Part shown: positions 10,829-20,328 of the stretch, one piece after another | How positions within the stretch are numbered: the stretch's first letter is position 1 | How the letters are laid out: each line of letters starts with the position of its first letter | DNA from: Alphaproteobacteria bacterium | GTDB taxonomy: Bacteria > Pseudomonadota > Alphaproteobacteria > SP197 | Assembly: GCA_028277285.1 (NCBI GenBank) | Contig: JANQGO010000221.1 | Coordinates: forward strand, 1 to 59,484 | Length of the DNA: 59,484 nt | Direction: 5' to 3' | Notes under the pieces: model-generated | What the model was told of the DNA's origin: nothing | The model's input: only the letters and a program-made list of their open reading frames with translations | Databases searched by the model: none | Translations under genes and position numbers: made by a program

Positions 10829-11199
10829 TGGCCTTCTTCCTGCTTCTCGGACTTCGGCTCGGCGACCCGCATGTTGTCGCCGTCCAAAGTGCCGAGTGCG
10901 CTATAGCCGCGATAGACCAGCACCAGAGCGAAGGCGAGCAGGCCGAAGCCAATGACGATGGCGGTCAGGACCAAGGCCTGGGGCAGCGCGTTGGCGACGA
11001 TCTCGGGCGGTGCCGAAAGGCCTTCGGGTACAAGAGGCGGCACCCGCGGTGTCAGACGTCCGGCGGCGAAGATGGTCAGGTTGGCGGCGTTGCTGAGCAG
11101 CACCAGCCCGAACAAGAACCGCAAGACGTTGCGGGCGAGCATCAGGTAGACACTGGCCGCCACCAGTATGCCGACCAGGAGCGCGAGCGTCGCTTCCAT
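10825..11199 (-). CDS. mrpC: Mrp antiporter subunit C
   Basis: MEATLALL start at 11199 and [14 protein letters not shown]. The track ORF is over-extended upstream. Confidence 0.9.
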   Translation of the reverse strand: MEATLALLVGILVAASVYLMLARNVLRFLFGLVLLSNAANLTIFAAGRLTPRVPPLVPEGLSAPPEIVANALPQALVLTAIVIGFGLLAFALVLVYRGYSALGTLDGDNMRVAEPKSEKQEEGQ

Positions 11200-11201
11200 G
11201 G

Positions 11202-11624
11202 TCAGGCCTCCTCCTCGAGCGCCAGAACCAGCGTCAGCACGGCGCCGATGACGGCGAGGTAGACACCGATGTCGAACAGCAGGACCGTGCTGAGCGCGAA
11301 ACCCTTGGCGCCATCGCTGCCATCGGTCAGGAACCACCATTGTCCGGTGAACAGCGGTTCGCCGGTCAGTGCGGGAACCAGGCCAGCGACAATGGCCAGA
11401 CCAAGTCCGACCATGGCGATTACGCGTGGATCGGCGCGCAGCGCGCGCCGGGCCGAACCGGCGCCGTGTGCGATGCCATAGAGAATAAAGCCGATCGACG
11501 CGATCAGACCGCCGATGAACCCGCCGCCGGGCTCGTTGTGGCCGCGCAACAGCATGTAGACGGAAAACAGCAGCATCAGCGCGACAAGCACGCGCGTCGC
11601 CGTGTTTAGGATCAGCGAATTCAT
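11202..11624 (-). CDS. mrpB: Mrp antiporter subunit B
   Basis: [14 protein letters not shown] and FDIGVYL. Confidence 0.92.
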   Translation of the reverse strand: MNSLILNTATRVLVALMLLFSVYMLLRGHNEPGGGFIGGLIASIGFILYGIAHGAGSARRALRADPRVIAMVGLGLAIVAGLVPALTGEPLFTGQWWFLTDGSDGAKGFALSTVLLFDIGVYLAVIGAVLTLVLALEEEA

Positions 11625-13921
11625 CGTGTGCTCTTTGCCCGCACGCCGCGTAGCAGCGCAAAGGCGCCCAGCGCGGCGACGGCGACAACAACGACTTCGC
11701 CGAACGTGTCGAGCGCACGGAAGTCGACCAGGATGACGTTGACGATGTTGCGGCCATAGGCTTCGGGCACGCTGGCCGCTTCGTAGTAGTCGGTGACCGA
11801 CCGGTCGAGCGGGCCTTGGGTAACGGCGAGCAGGGTCAGCGTCACGACGCCGCCGACCACGAGCGCCAGGGCGCCGTCTTTCCAGCGTCGGTGTTTCAGA
11901 ACATCACGCTCAAGCCGCGGCAGGCGCAACATGGCGACGGCGACCAGGACGACAACCAGTGTCTCCACCAGGAGCTGCGTCATCGCCACATCCGGCGCAC
12001 CGAACATGACGAAGAAGAGCGCAACGCCGATACCGACGATACCGAGCGCGCAGATCGCGGTAAGGCGCGACCGGGCGAACGCCGCCATGATGGCGCCGGT
12101 CGCGATGAGGACGACGACAGCGCCGTGCTTGAACAGGATGTCCGGCCATGCGGTCGGCCAGCGCACGGCGCCGGTGACGACAAGGGTGACGCCGACGGCG
12201 AGCGCAAAACTGGCGAAGATCACAAACAGGTAGTGGCGCAGGACACCATGCTGCAGCAGCCGTGTCTGACCGCTAGCGACAAGCTTCAGGCCGTCGAGGA
12301 CGCCGTCCCATGCCTGGTCTGCGCTGAACGGCAGGGCCGCTTCAAGACGAATCAGAAGGGCGCGCAGTTTTTGATGGAAGACATAGATCAAGATGCCGCC
12401 GGCAAACGTCAGCAGGCTCAAGAGAAGCGGCAGATTAACGCCGTGCCAGAGCTTCAACTGGATGGTTTCGGGTTTACCGAGAACGGCGATGACCGCGGGC
12501 TGCACGAGGGCCTCGGCAATCACCGCGGGCGCCAGGCCGAATGTCAGGCCGAGAAGGGCCAAAAGCAGCGGCCCGACCCACATCCGGAACGGCGGATCAT
12601 GGGGCGTTTGGTCCGTCGGCATCCTGGTGCCGAAGAACGGCCTGAGCGCGACGATACCCGCCAGGGCGACCATCAGCATATTGGCGGCGACAGCCGCGGT
12701 GGCGACGAACGCGGGCTCGGCAGCAATGGCAAGCGCGCCTTCGTACTTCAGTTCCTTGCCGATGAATCCCAGAAACGGTGGGAAGCCGGCCATGGAAAGC
12801 GCGGCGGCCACGGCGGCAACGGCCGTGATCGGCATCAGCGGGCCCAGGCCGCGCAGCCTGTCGGTTTCGCGCGTGCCGGTCTCATGATCGATGACGCCGA
12901 CAACAAGGAATAGGGATGCCTTGTAAAGCGAATGGACGATCAGAAACGTCATGGCGGCGGCAACGGCGACCGTCGCCTCGGAACCCAGAAACATGGTGAG
13001 GGTGCCGAGCGCCATGACTGTCGTATAGGCAAGCGACAGTTTCAGATCGGTCTGGCGTAACGCGATGACCGACGCGATGACCGCCGTGACGGCGCCGACG
13101 ATGGTCAACGTCCAGATCCACGCGTCCGTGCCGCTCATCGCCGGATGCATGCGCGCCAGGAGGTAGATGCCGGCCTTGACCATGGTCGCGGAGTGCAGAT
13201 AGGCGCTGACCGGCGTCGGCGCGGCCATGGCGTTGGGCAACCAGAAGTGAAACGGGAACTGGGCCGACTTGGTAAAGGCGCCGGCCAGGATCAGGACCAG
13301 GATCGGCAGATAGAGATCGTGGGCGCGGATCGCATCGCCCATGGTCAGGATCTCGGAGAGCTCAAAGCTGCCCGCCGCGTTGCCCAGCAGGATGAAGCCG
13401 GCCAGGAGCGCCAGGCCGCCGGCGCCGGTCAACAGCAGGGCCTGCAGGGCGGCGCGCCGCGCCTTGGCCGACGCATGGTCGAACCCGATCAGCAGATAGG
13501 ACGCGACCGTGGTGAGCTCCCAGAACACAAACAGCGTGATCAGGTTGTCGGCCAGCACCAGGCCGAGCATCGCGACCATGAACAGCAGAAGATAAAGGAC
13601 GAAGCGGCCGAACTGGGCGTGGCCGGCCATATAGGCGCCGGCATAGAGCGCAACGAGCGTTCCGATCCCGCTGATCAGAAGCGCAAAGGTCAGGCTAAGG
13701 CCATCGACCAGAAAGGATAAGTTGACGCCTAGGCTGGGGACCCATTCATAGGCAACACGGATCGTGCCGCCGTCCGCGATCGTCGGCAGGCATGCCGCAA
13801 ACACGGCCGTCAGCACGGCCGGCGGAAGCGCCGCAAGCCAACCGAGTACGGTGCCCTTCGGCGCCGTGTCTGGTCGGCCGGCCTCTTGGTGCCGGTCGAT
13901 ATGCGACTCGCTGTTGGTCAT
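11621..13921 (-). CDS. mrpA: Mrp antiporter subunit A (separate from B; group 1 layout)
   Basis: [41 protein letters not shown] and [15 protein letters not shown]. Confidence 0.94.
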   Translation of the reverse strand: MTNSESHIDRHQEAGRPDTAPKGTVLGWLAALPPAVLTAVFAACLPTIADGGTIRVAYEWVPSLGVNLSFLVDGLSLTFALLISGIGTLVALYAGAYMAGHAQFGRFVLYLLLFMVAMLGLVLADNLITLFVFWELTTVASYLLIGFDHASAKARRAALQALLLTGAGGLALLAGFILLGNAAGSFELSEILTMGDAIRAHDLYLPILVLILAGAFTKSAQFPFHFWLPNAMAAPTPVSAYLHSATMVKAGIYLLARMHPAMSGTDAWIWTLTIVGAVTAVIASVIALRQTDLKLSLAYTTVMALGTLTMFLGSEATVAVAAAMTFLIVHSLYKASLFLVVGVIDHETGTRETDRLRGLGPLMPITAVAAVAAALSMAGFPPFLGFIGKELKYEGALAIAAEPAFVATAAVAANMLMVALAGIVALRPFFGTRMPTDQTPHDPPFRMWVGPLLLALLGLTFGLAPAVIAEALVQPAVIAVLGKPETIQLKLWHGVNLPLLLSLLTFAGGILIYVFHQKLRALLIRLEAALPFSADQAWDGVLDGLKLVASGQTRLLQHGVLRHYLFVIFASFALAVGVTLVVTGAVRWPTAWPDILFKHGAVVVLIATGAIMAAFARSRLTAICALGIVGIGVALFFVMFGAPDVAMTQLLVETLVVVLVAVAMLRLPRLERDVLKHRRWKDGALALVVGGVVTLTLLAVTQGPLDRSVTDYYEAASVPEAYGRNIVNVILVDFRALDTFGEVVVVAVAALGAFALLRGVRAKSTR

Positions 13922-14155
13922 GCCTGTTGGCAGTCTTACTCAGTATGATGGCTGGTTGACAACGGGGAGGCGACGCCTTGGCATCGGTCGCGACGCCGGC
14001 GAGCGGCAGCGCGCTCGTGGACGAGCATAGCATACATTGCCGAAGCGCGGCGCCCCCGCCGCTAAGCGGAAGACGCCGCACCCCGCGGCGATCGGCCATG
14101 TACCGGAGGGAATGCACGGTTTCCCGTCAGGGCTGGGTCGGTACCGTTTGGTCGA

Positions 14156-14374
14156 TCACGCGTTGAGGTGTCCGGCTTGCGCGGGAGGCCTGAACAGAAT
14201 GGCGCCCATCAGCCTTTCCCACGCATCCATCTCGTCCTTGATCGCCAGTTTCTCGCGCTTCAACCGCTGCAGAACCATGGCGTCGGGCATCGGCCGATCG
14301 TGCTCGGCAGCGATCTGATCTTCGATGGCGCCATGGCGTTGTTTCAGAACGTTGTAGCGGGTGGTGGTGGACAT
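14156..14374 (-). CDS. DUF465/YdcH-family small coiled-coil protein
   Basis: LKQRHGAIEDQI...RPMPD...LQRLKREKLAIKDEM; AGGAG/AGGA upstream of ATG 14374. Confidence 0.8.
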   Translation of the reverse strand: MSTTTRYNVLKQRHGAIEDQIAAEHDRPMPDAMVLQRLKREKLAIKDEMDAWERLMGAILFRPPAQAGHLNA

Positions 14375-14528
14375 TGCCGGTTTCCTATCTCCTGGGTTGC
14401 GAGGCGGTCGCGCGCAGCCGGACAGCGGAACCAAGCTGGTGATCGACGAGGACGGTCAGCTGTGTCTCGCTTCGCTGCAAGCAATGCCTGCTGGCGATCT
14501 CTATGATGCAAATGCTGCCTCTGGCATG

Positions 14529-14575
14529 ATTGTTCCAATCATGATACCTGGATAGTTTGATAGGAAAAAACTATC
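14529..14575 (-). promoter_or_regulatory. Putative LysR (OxyR-like) operator, copy 1, upstream of DUF465-mrp
   Basis: ATTGTTCCAATC-N18-GATAG-N7-CTATC. It contains a perfect ATAG-N7-CTAT, and a second copy with the same spacing lies at 16116-16162. Confidence 0.65.
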
Positions 14576-14775
14576 ACGCGCCGATGTGTGTCAGGCCGGC
14601 GCTCTGCCTGCTCCGCCGGGCTGGGGCTGCGATAGTCATGTTCGATGACACGGTGCCACGATTCCAATTGGCGCGGCCTGCGATGGCGGACCATCTCAAC
14701 TCAAATCGGGGCACCGGCATGTCTGGGACGCTCTCGGCTTAGAGAAACAACACGCCACGTGGAGGCAGCACGATC

Positions 14776-14988
14776 ATGGAAGACCACACCGCTCTTTTGT
14801 CCCCAAGAGACGAGCGCGAACGGCGGGTTCTTGAGGCCGAGAGCGAATTCTATGACTGTGCGGCGCGCTATGGGTTCGATTCCGGCGAGGCGCTGGCGGC
14901 CGAAATCCTCTGGCGTCAACGACGGCGCGCTTTCCTCTACCCCGGCGTGCAGTTTCCCCGACCAACATATCCTACTCGACGACCGTGA
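14776..14988 (+). CDS. Small hypothetical protein (70 aa)
   Basis: GGAGG 10 nt before the ATG; fills the intergenic space without overlapping other genes. No family recognised. Confidence 0.4.
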   Translation: MEDHTALLSPRDERERRVLEAESEFYDCAARYGFDSGEALAAEILWRQRRRAFLYPGVQFPRPTYPTRRP

Positions 14989-15013
14989 CGGCTGGCGGCG
15001 AACGCCATGCCGG

Positions 15014-16015
15014 TCATGAGGCGGTGTTAGCATAAGCACCATAGGCGGTCGTCGTGGTATCAAGCTGCACGGGCGACACGAAGCCCGGCGGCTTTACGGC
15101 GAGCACCGAACACGCGACCTGGTTGAGAATGGTCTCCGCAGTGTTGCCGATAATCAAACCTTGGATACCGGTTCGCGCAACCGTCCCCATGACAATCAAC
15201 TCGACCCGTTTGCGTTCGGCAAACTCCGGCACGACTTTGCGTGCGAGCCCCTTGCTCAAATGCACCTGTCGCCGGCCGTCCGTATCGGGGAAGCCAAGCA
15301 GCAACTGGTCGAGCTGGGCAGCGCTTCGCCTGCGCTTCTCTTCGACCAGCAAGTCCACCTCATCCGGCGCGACGCGCGCGAAACCGCTGTGGCGCAGCAT
15401 ATCCTCGCCGTCCAGGTTCCAGACATGGATGACATGCAGCTCGCTCTGATCGATCCGTGACAGCGATGTCGCCAGCTCCATGATCGTTGTGTTGAGCGCG
15501 TCTCTCTGTTCGTCCTCCGGATCGGGGTCGACGGCGGCGAGGATGCGGGCATAGTGGTGACGGTCGTCGCGCCGCATGAGCCAGACGGGGCAGGGGCATT
15601 TCCGCAGCAGATGCAGGTCGGTGCCGGCAAAGAACAGCGAGCCCGCCTCCCACTCGCCCGCGGCGCCTTTGATCACGAGGTCATGGCCATCGCGCAGGAC
15701 CTTGCTGATGACTTCGACAAACGGGATTCCCTGCACAACCACTTCGGAGGTCGCCACGCCGGCCTCGTTGATCGTCTCGGCGATGCGGCCGACATGGGCG
15801 CGGTGAAACTCCTGCACTTCGTATTCGACGTCATGTTCCTGCACACCGCGCACGGCGCGGAACAGTTTCCCGAGTTCGCCGGGTGCGGTTTCGATCACGT
15901 CGATCAGAGTAAGTTGGGCATCGTTCGCCTTGGCCAGTGTTATGGCGCGCGCAACGGCGGTCTTGTTGATGCTGCGGATATCGCACACCAACAGAATACT
16001 CCGGAACCTCTTCAT
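15014..16015 (-). CDS. Universal stress protein, tandem Usp domains (UspE-like)
   Basis: DLVIKG...TDLHLLRKCPCPVW and LIVMGTVARTGIQGLIIGNTAETILNQVACSVLAVKP. Confidence 0.92.
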   Translation of the reverse strand: MKRFRSILLVCDIRSINKTAVARAITLAKANDAQLTLIDVIETAPGELGKLFRAVRGVQEHDVEYEVQEFHRAHVGRIAETINEAGVATSEVVVQGIPFVEVISKVLRDGHDLVIKGAAGEWEAGSLFFAGTDLHLLRKCPCPVWLMRRDDRHHYARILAAVDPDPEDEQRDALNTTIMELATSLSRIDQSELHVIHVWNLDGEDMLRHSGFARVAPDEVDLLVEEKRRRSAAQLDQLLLGFPDTDGRRQVHLSKGLARKVVPEFAERKRVELIVMGTVARTGIQGLIIGNTAETILNQVACSVLAVKPPGFVSPVQLDTTTTAYGAYANTAS

Positions 16016-16115
16016 GCCTCGGCCCTACACATGCGTGATCACAGTTGATCATGGCCGGCGGCGGCGCGGACGCACGGCGGCCGGCGATGTGATGGGACAT
16101 GGGCTTGAAAACCTT

Positions 16116-16162
16116 ATTGCTCCAATCGAAGTTTATGGGGGTTTCGATAGTTTCCACCATTC
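16116..16162 (-). promoter_or_regulatory. Putative LysR (OxyR-like) operator, copy 2, between usp and the regulator
   Basis: ATTGCTCCAATC-N18-GATAG-N7-CATTC, with the same spacing as copy 1, in the divergent usp/lysR gap. Confidence 0.6.
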
Positions 16163-16193
16163 AAAGACCCCGGACGTTTCAGGAGTGCCCGCC

Positions 16194-17114
16194 GTGCCAA
16201 CCTTGCAGCAGCTTCGTTATCTGGTCGCCGTTGCCGACACGCTTCACTTTCGCCGCGCCGCGGAATTGACCCATGTCACGCAGCCAACGTTGAGCGGCCA
16301 GCTTCGCGAACTCGAGAACAAGCTCGGCGTTCAATTGGTCGAGCGCAGCCGCGCCAAGGTCATCCTGACACCGGTTGGCGCAGAGATTGCGGCGCGCGGA
16401 CGAACCGTCCTGCGTGACGTGCAGGACATCGTCGAATTGGCCGCGCACGGTCATAGCCTGCTCGACGGGACGATACGGGTCGGTGTCATACAGTCTCTTG
16501 GTCCCTACCTTCTGCCGCACATCTTGCCGGAGCTGCATCAAAGCTATCCCAACCTTAAGCTCTATGTTCGCGAAGGCATGCCGCAGACATTGTTGGGCGG
16601 CATCGACGACGGCAGCTTCGATCTGTTGTTCTTCCCGCTGCCGGTCAAAGGAGCGGATCTGCACACGACGCGGCTGTTTCGCGAGCCCCTTTGGATCGTG
16701 ATGCCGTCGGATCATCACCTGGCGAAAAAGAAGACGATCGATCGATCGGACCTGAAGGACGAGACCGTGCTGACGCTGGAGCGCGGACACCGGCTTCACG
16801 ACCAGGTACAGGCGCTTTGCGAGCAGTATCGCGCGAAACTCTCGTTGGATTACGAGGGCACGAGCCTCGATACGTTGCGCCAGATGGTCGCCATGGGCAT
16901 GGGGCTGTCGTTTTTGCCGGCGCTCTATGTGCTATCGGAAGTCTTGCAGGATGATCAGGTCGTCGTGCGCCAACTGCGCAGCCGCGCACCATCGCGCATG
17001 ATCGGCATGGTGTGGCGCCGGCATTCGGCGCGCCAGGACGAGTTCGTCACGCTTGCGGAGCATGTGCGCGGTATCATGAAGAAACGTGTTCCCGACCTGA
17101 CAATCGTCTCGTGA
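16194..17114 (+). CDS. OxyR-like LysR transcriptional regulator lacking the peroxidatic Cys
   Basis: TLQQLRYLVAVADTLHFRRAAE..HVTQPTLSGQ and TSLDTLRQMVAMGMG. GHRLHDQ replaces OxyR GHCLRDQ. GTG start after AGGAG. Confidence 0.88.
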   Translation: MPTLQQLRYLVAVADTLHFRRAAELTHVTQPTLSGQLRELENKLGVQLVERSRAKVILTPVGAEIAARGRTVLRDVQDIVELAAHGHSLLDGTIRVGVIQSLGPYLLPHILPELHQSYPNLKLYVREGMPQTLLGGIDDGSFDLLFFPLPVKGADLHTTRLFREPLWIVMPSDHHLAKKKTIDRSDLKDETVLTLERGHRLHDQVQALCEQYRAKLSLDYEGTSLDTLRQMVAMGMGLSFLPALYVLSEVLQDDQVVVRQLRSRAPSRMIGMVWRRHSARQDEFVTLAEHVRGIMKKRVPDLTIVS

Positions 17115-17292
17115 CGCTGCGCCGTTTCCTTCCCGCTTTTGTCGATAACCCCGCCGGTCAGCTTCTTTGCGACCCATGGTATTCGCTGGCGTTCGTTGGT
17201 GCCGGGCCGCCTGCGGTCAAGTGTTGGGGTGGCCCGGCAGTGCTTGCCGTTCCAACTCGCAACGACATCGTTCGACGCCGTTTGCGTTTCGA

Positions 17293-19023
17293 TCACCGAC
17301 CGATGGCGTAGGCGTCCCTTCGCGGATCGGCGCCGCCGGTGAGCAGGCCGGTCTCGGGGTCGACCGTGATCGCGGACATGACGCCCATGTCCATGGGTTC
17401 CCAGTCTTCGACCCGGCGAACATCGTGTCCCCGGTCCGCGAGCTCATCGGTCACCGCGGTCGCGATCCGGCTTTCGACGTGGAGACGGCCCGGCAGATAA
17501 TCGTGAGGCCAAAACGAGTCGGGAAAACTCCAGGTCGTGAACCGTGGCGCCTCGATAGCGGCTTGCGCGTCCATGCCGAACACAGCGATGTTCAGGAAGG
17601 TCTGGACCATGGCCTGGCACTGCGCATCGCCACCGGGACAACCGAACGGCATGAACATGGCGCCATCCTTGAAAGCGATAGCCGGATTGGGCGTGAGGCG
17701 TGGCCGCTTGCCAGGCTCGAGCTTTGACGCGTGGTTCTCGTCGAGCCAGGTCTGTGTGCCGCGGCCGGATAGGCTGAAACCGAGTTCGGGCACGATCGGC
17801 GCGCGCGCGTTGGCGTCGCTCGGCGTGGCCGAGAAGGCGTTCCCCCACTGGTCGACGACACATGTGTAGCTGGTGTCGTTTTCGCGCTCGCGAAAGCTCT
17901 GCCCAGAGCGGGGTTCGGGTCTGCCCCACGGTGTCATGTCGTTGATCAGCCCCGGGGCCGGCATCTCACCGAACGCACGCTGCATGTCGACGCGTTCACG
18001 GCGGCTGCGCGTGTATTCCGGGTTCATCAACGCGTCCATCGGCACGTCGACCAGATCGGGATCGCCAAAATAGTAGTCGCGATCGGAAAAGCTGAGATTG
18101 AGCGCCTCGGCCAGCAGATGGATGTAGTCCGCGCTGTTATGCCCCAGCGCGGCGAGGTCGTCGTGATCGAGCATTTGAAGGACTTGCGGCACCACCGGTC
18201 CCTGACACCACGGCCCGCAGGACAGAACCTCATAATCCCTGAAGGTGCCGCGCACATGGGGCTCTTCCTTGACCGAGAAGTCATGGAAGTCTTCCAGTCT
18301 GAGCAAACCGCCTTGTTCTTCGCTGTAGCGCGCCATCTCGCGAGCGATATCGCCGCGATAGAACTCGTCCCGGGCCGCTCGTATCGCGGCCTCGCGACCC
18401 TCTGCCGCATGCTTGCGCTCGACCTCGATCAACCGCTCGAAGGTGCGCGCAAGCGCCGGCTGAACGATGAGCGTGCCCGCTGGTGGCACCTCACCGTTGC
18501 GCAGAAAGATCTCCCGGTTGGCCGGCCAGCGGGCAATGGCATCCACTTCGCCCAGGAACTGATTGCGCACGACCGGTGAGAGTGGATAGCCGTCCCGTGC
18601 GATCTCCAGCGCCGGCGTCAGCACCTCTTCCAACGTCATGGTGCCGTAAAGCTGCAGTGCGGTAAGCCACGCATCGGGTGCCGCCGGCACGACCGCGCGG
18701 CGGACATCCAGGGGCAGCTCGCCCTCGCAGTTGTTCATGAAGAAATCGATGGTCGCCGCCTTCGGCCAGCGGCCGAGCCCACTGATGGTGGTCACGGCGC
18801 GGCGGTCGGCGAGGTAGATCATGATCGGCGCGACACCGCCGAAGTTCGTGTTGTCGGCGAGCACCACATTGATCACGACACCGGAAGCAACGCCGGCATC
18901 GACCGCATTGCCGCCTTGCTCCAGCAACCGGTAGCCCGCCGCCGCCGATAGCGGATGCCCTGAACTGATGACATGGTGCGTACCCATGACGGGCGGTCGA
19001 TGCGAACCATAGGTGGTTGTCAT
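17293..19023 (-). CDS. Gamma-glutamyltransferase family protein
   Basis: GGNAVDAG, cleavage site DTSYTCVVDQWGN, PGKRPR, PFGCPGGDAQ and GGADPRR; GGAGG upstream of ATG 19023. Confidence 0.9.
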   Translation of the reverse strand: MTTTYGSHRPPVMGTHHVISSGHPLSAAAGYRLLEQGGNAVDAGVASGVVINVVLADNTNFGGVAPIMIYLADRRAVTTISGLGRWPKAATIDFFMNNCEGELPLDVRRAVVPAAPDAWLTALQLYGTMTLEEVLTPALEIARDGYPLSPVVRNQFLGEVDAIARWPANREIFLRNGEVPPAGTLIVQPALARTFERLIEVERKHAAEGREAAIRAARDEFYRGDIAREMARYSEEQGGLLRLEDFHDFSVKEEPHVRGTFRDYEVLSCGPWCQGPVVPQVLQMLDHDDLAALGHNSADYIHLLAEALNLSFSDRDYYFGDPDLVDVPMDALMNPEYTRSRRERVDMQRAFGEMPAPGLINDMTPWGRPEPRSGQSFRERENDTSYTCVVDQWGNAFSATPSDANARAPIVPELGFSLSGRGTQTWLDENHASKLEPGKRPRLTPNPAIAFKDGAMFMPFGCPGGDAQCQAMVQTFLNIAVFGMDAQAAIEAPRFTTWSFPDSFWPHDYLPGRLHVESRIATAVTDELADRGHDVRRVEDWEPMDMGVMSAITVDPETGLLTGGADPRRDAYAIGR

Positions 19024-19443
19024 AGGTCGAAACCTCCGCATACATCGGATGACGGCTTGTGCCTTGCTTCGTTACGGCGTTTTCGGGGCAACTTTTGGCG
19101 ATGCGTCGAAATCGAGCATGCGCAATCCCCGCCGTGACTGCAACAACGCACCTTGGGCGACCCGCTGCCCTGTCGCGTCTGACGTTGTTCGTATTCGTAT
19201 AGCGCTGTGAAAGCCTTTCAAGGCATGCGGCGCACTTCTCAGTTGACGCCGTGCATACGACGAGGTCCAAGACGTCATGGTCTTGGCGCCGTCAAGGGGT
19301 TCAGGGCGATACGTCGTTGGCCATACGATCCTGGTTGGCGCGAGAGGGACGCTCGACGGCACTTGACGTCGCGCGTCGTCGCTTTTTGCAAGCGACGATA
19401 GGGCCGTCTGTCTCTTCAAAGGCCATGATGCGGGAGGGCTGTC

Positions 19444-20328
19444 ATGAAGGCTGTTGCGTTTATCGGGCTCGGTGTCATGGGCCTCCCCATGGCGAAGAAC
19501 CTCGTTGCCAGGGGGGTCGATGTCTTGGGCTGCGATATCGCGGCTCCGTCGCGCGACGCCCTGGCGGCGGCTGGCGGACGGGCCACAGCGCCGGAGGACC
19601 TGTCGCTCGAAGACTGCGACGCGGTGATCACGATGTTGCCCGAAGGTGCTCATGTTCGTGAGGTCTATGAGAACCTCGTGTTCCCCCAGGCAACGCCGAA
19701 CATGGTTCTGATCGATTGTTCGACCATCGATGTCGAGGCGACGCGCGCTCTGGCCGCAGAGGCCGCGGCCAAAGGACTGGCGATGATCGACGCACCGGTT
19801 TCCGGCGGTCATGCCGCGGCTGGGTCGGGGCAACTGAGTTTCATGATCGGCGGCGATGAAGACGCGGTGGTGCGCGCGCGTCCGTTTCTGGAAGAGATGG
19901 GCGCGAAGCTTCAGCACTTCGGCGAAAGCGGCACGGGCCAGGCGGCCAAGGCGTGCCACAACATGATCTGCGGCATCACCGCCATGGCGGTCTGCGAAGG
20001 TTATGCGCTGAGCCAGGCGCTCGGTTTGGACGCCAAGCAGTTCCACACCCTGTGCAAGGGTGCGGCGGCGCAGAGCTGGACGCTGGAGAACCGCTGCCCG
20101 ATCCCAGGCGTCGCGGCGGATGTACCGTCCAGCAACGGCTATCAGCCGGGGTTCGCCGCCCGGCTGATGGCAAAGGATCTGCGCCTGGCGCAGACGGCGG
20201 CGAGGGCGGCCGGGCTGGAGACGCCGTTCGGTGCGAAAGCGGCAGAGCGGTTCACCGACTTTGCGGCGGGCGATGACGGCGACCTCGACTTCTCGGCATA
20301 CTATCGAACCTTACGACCGGAGACCTAG
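19444..20328 (+). CDS. 3-hydroxyisobutyrate dehydrogenase family (MmsB-like)
   Basis: FIGLGVMGLPMA, IDCSTID, DAPVSGG, AAKACHN and LMAKDL. Confidence 0.88.
   Translation: MKAVAFIGLGVMGLPMAKNLVARGVDVLGCDIAAPSRDALAAAGGRATAPEDLSLEDCDAVITMLPEGAHVREVYENLVFPQATPNMVLIDCSTIDVEATRALAAEAAAKGLAMIDAPVSGGHAAAGSGQLSFMIGGDEDAVVRARPFLEEMGAKLQHFGESGTGQAAKACHNMICGITAMAVCEGYALSQALGLDAKQFHTLCKGAAAQSWTLENRCPIPGVAADVPSSNGYQPGFAARLMAKDLRLAQTAARAAGLETPFGAKAAERFTDFAAGDDGDLDFSAYYRTLRPET

Noticed and set aside
13922-14155. Na+/Li+ riboswitch in the mrpA leader (also considered for 49241-49367)
   Set aside because: GC-rich stems are present, but I could not match a known consensus by eye. An Infernal/Rfam scan would decide it.
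15930-16193. N-terminal extensions in the ORF track (LysR from 15930, mrpC from 11757, hmuV from 39162, glxCD from 51840)
   Set aside because: They overlap neighbouring genes, and better starts with an RBS or stop-start coupling exist downstream.
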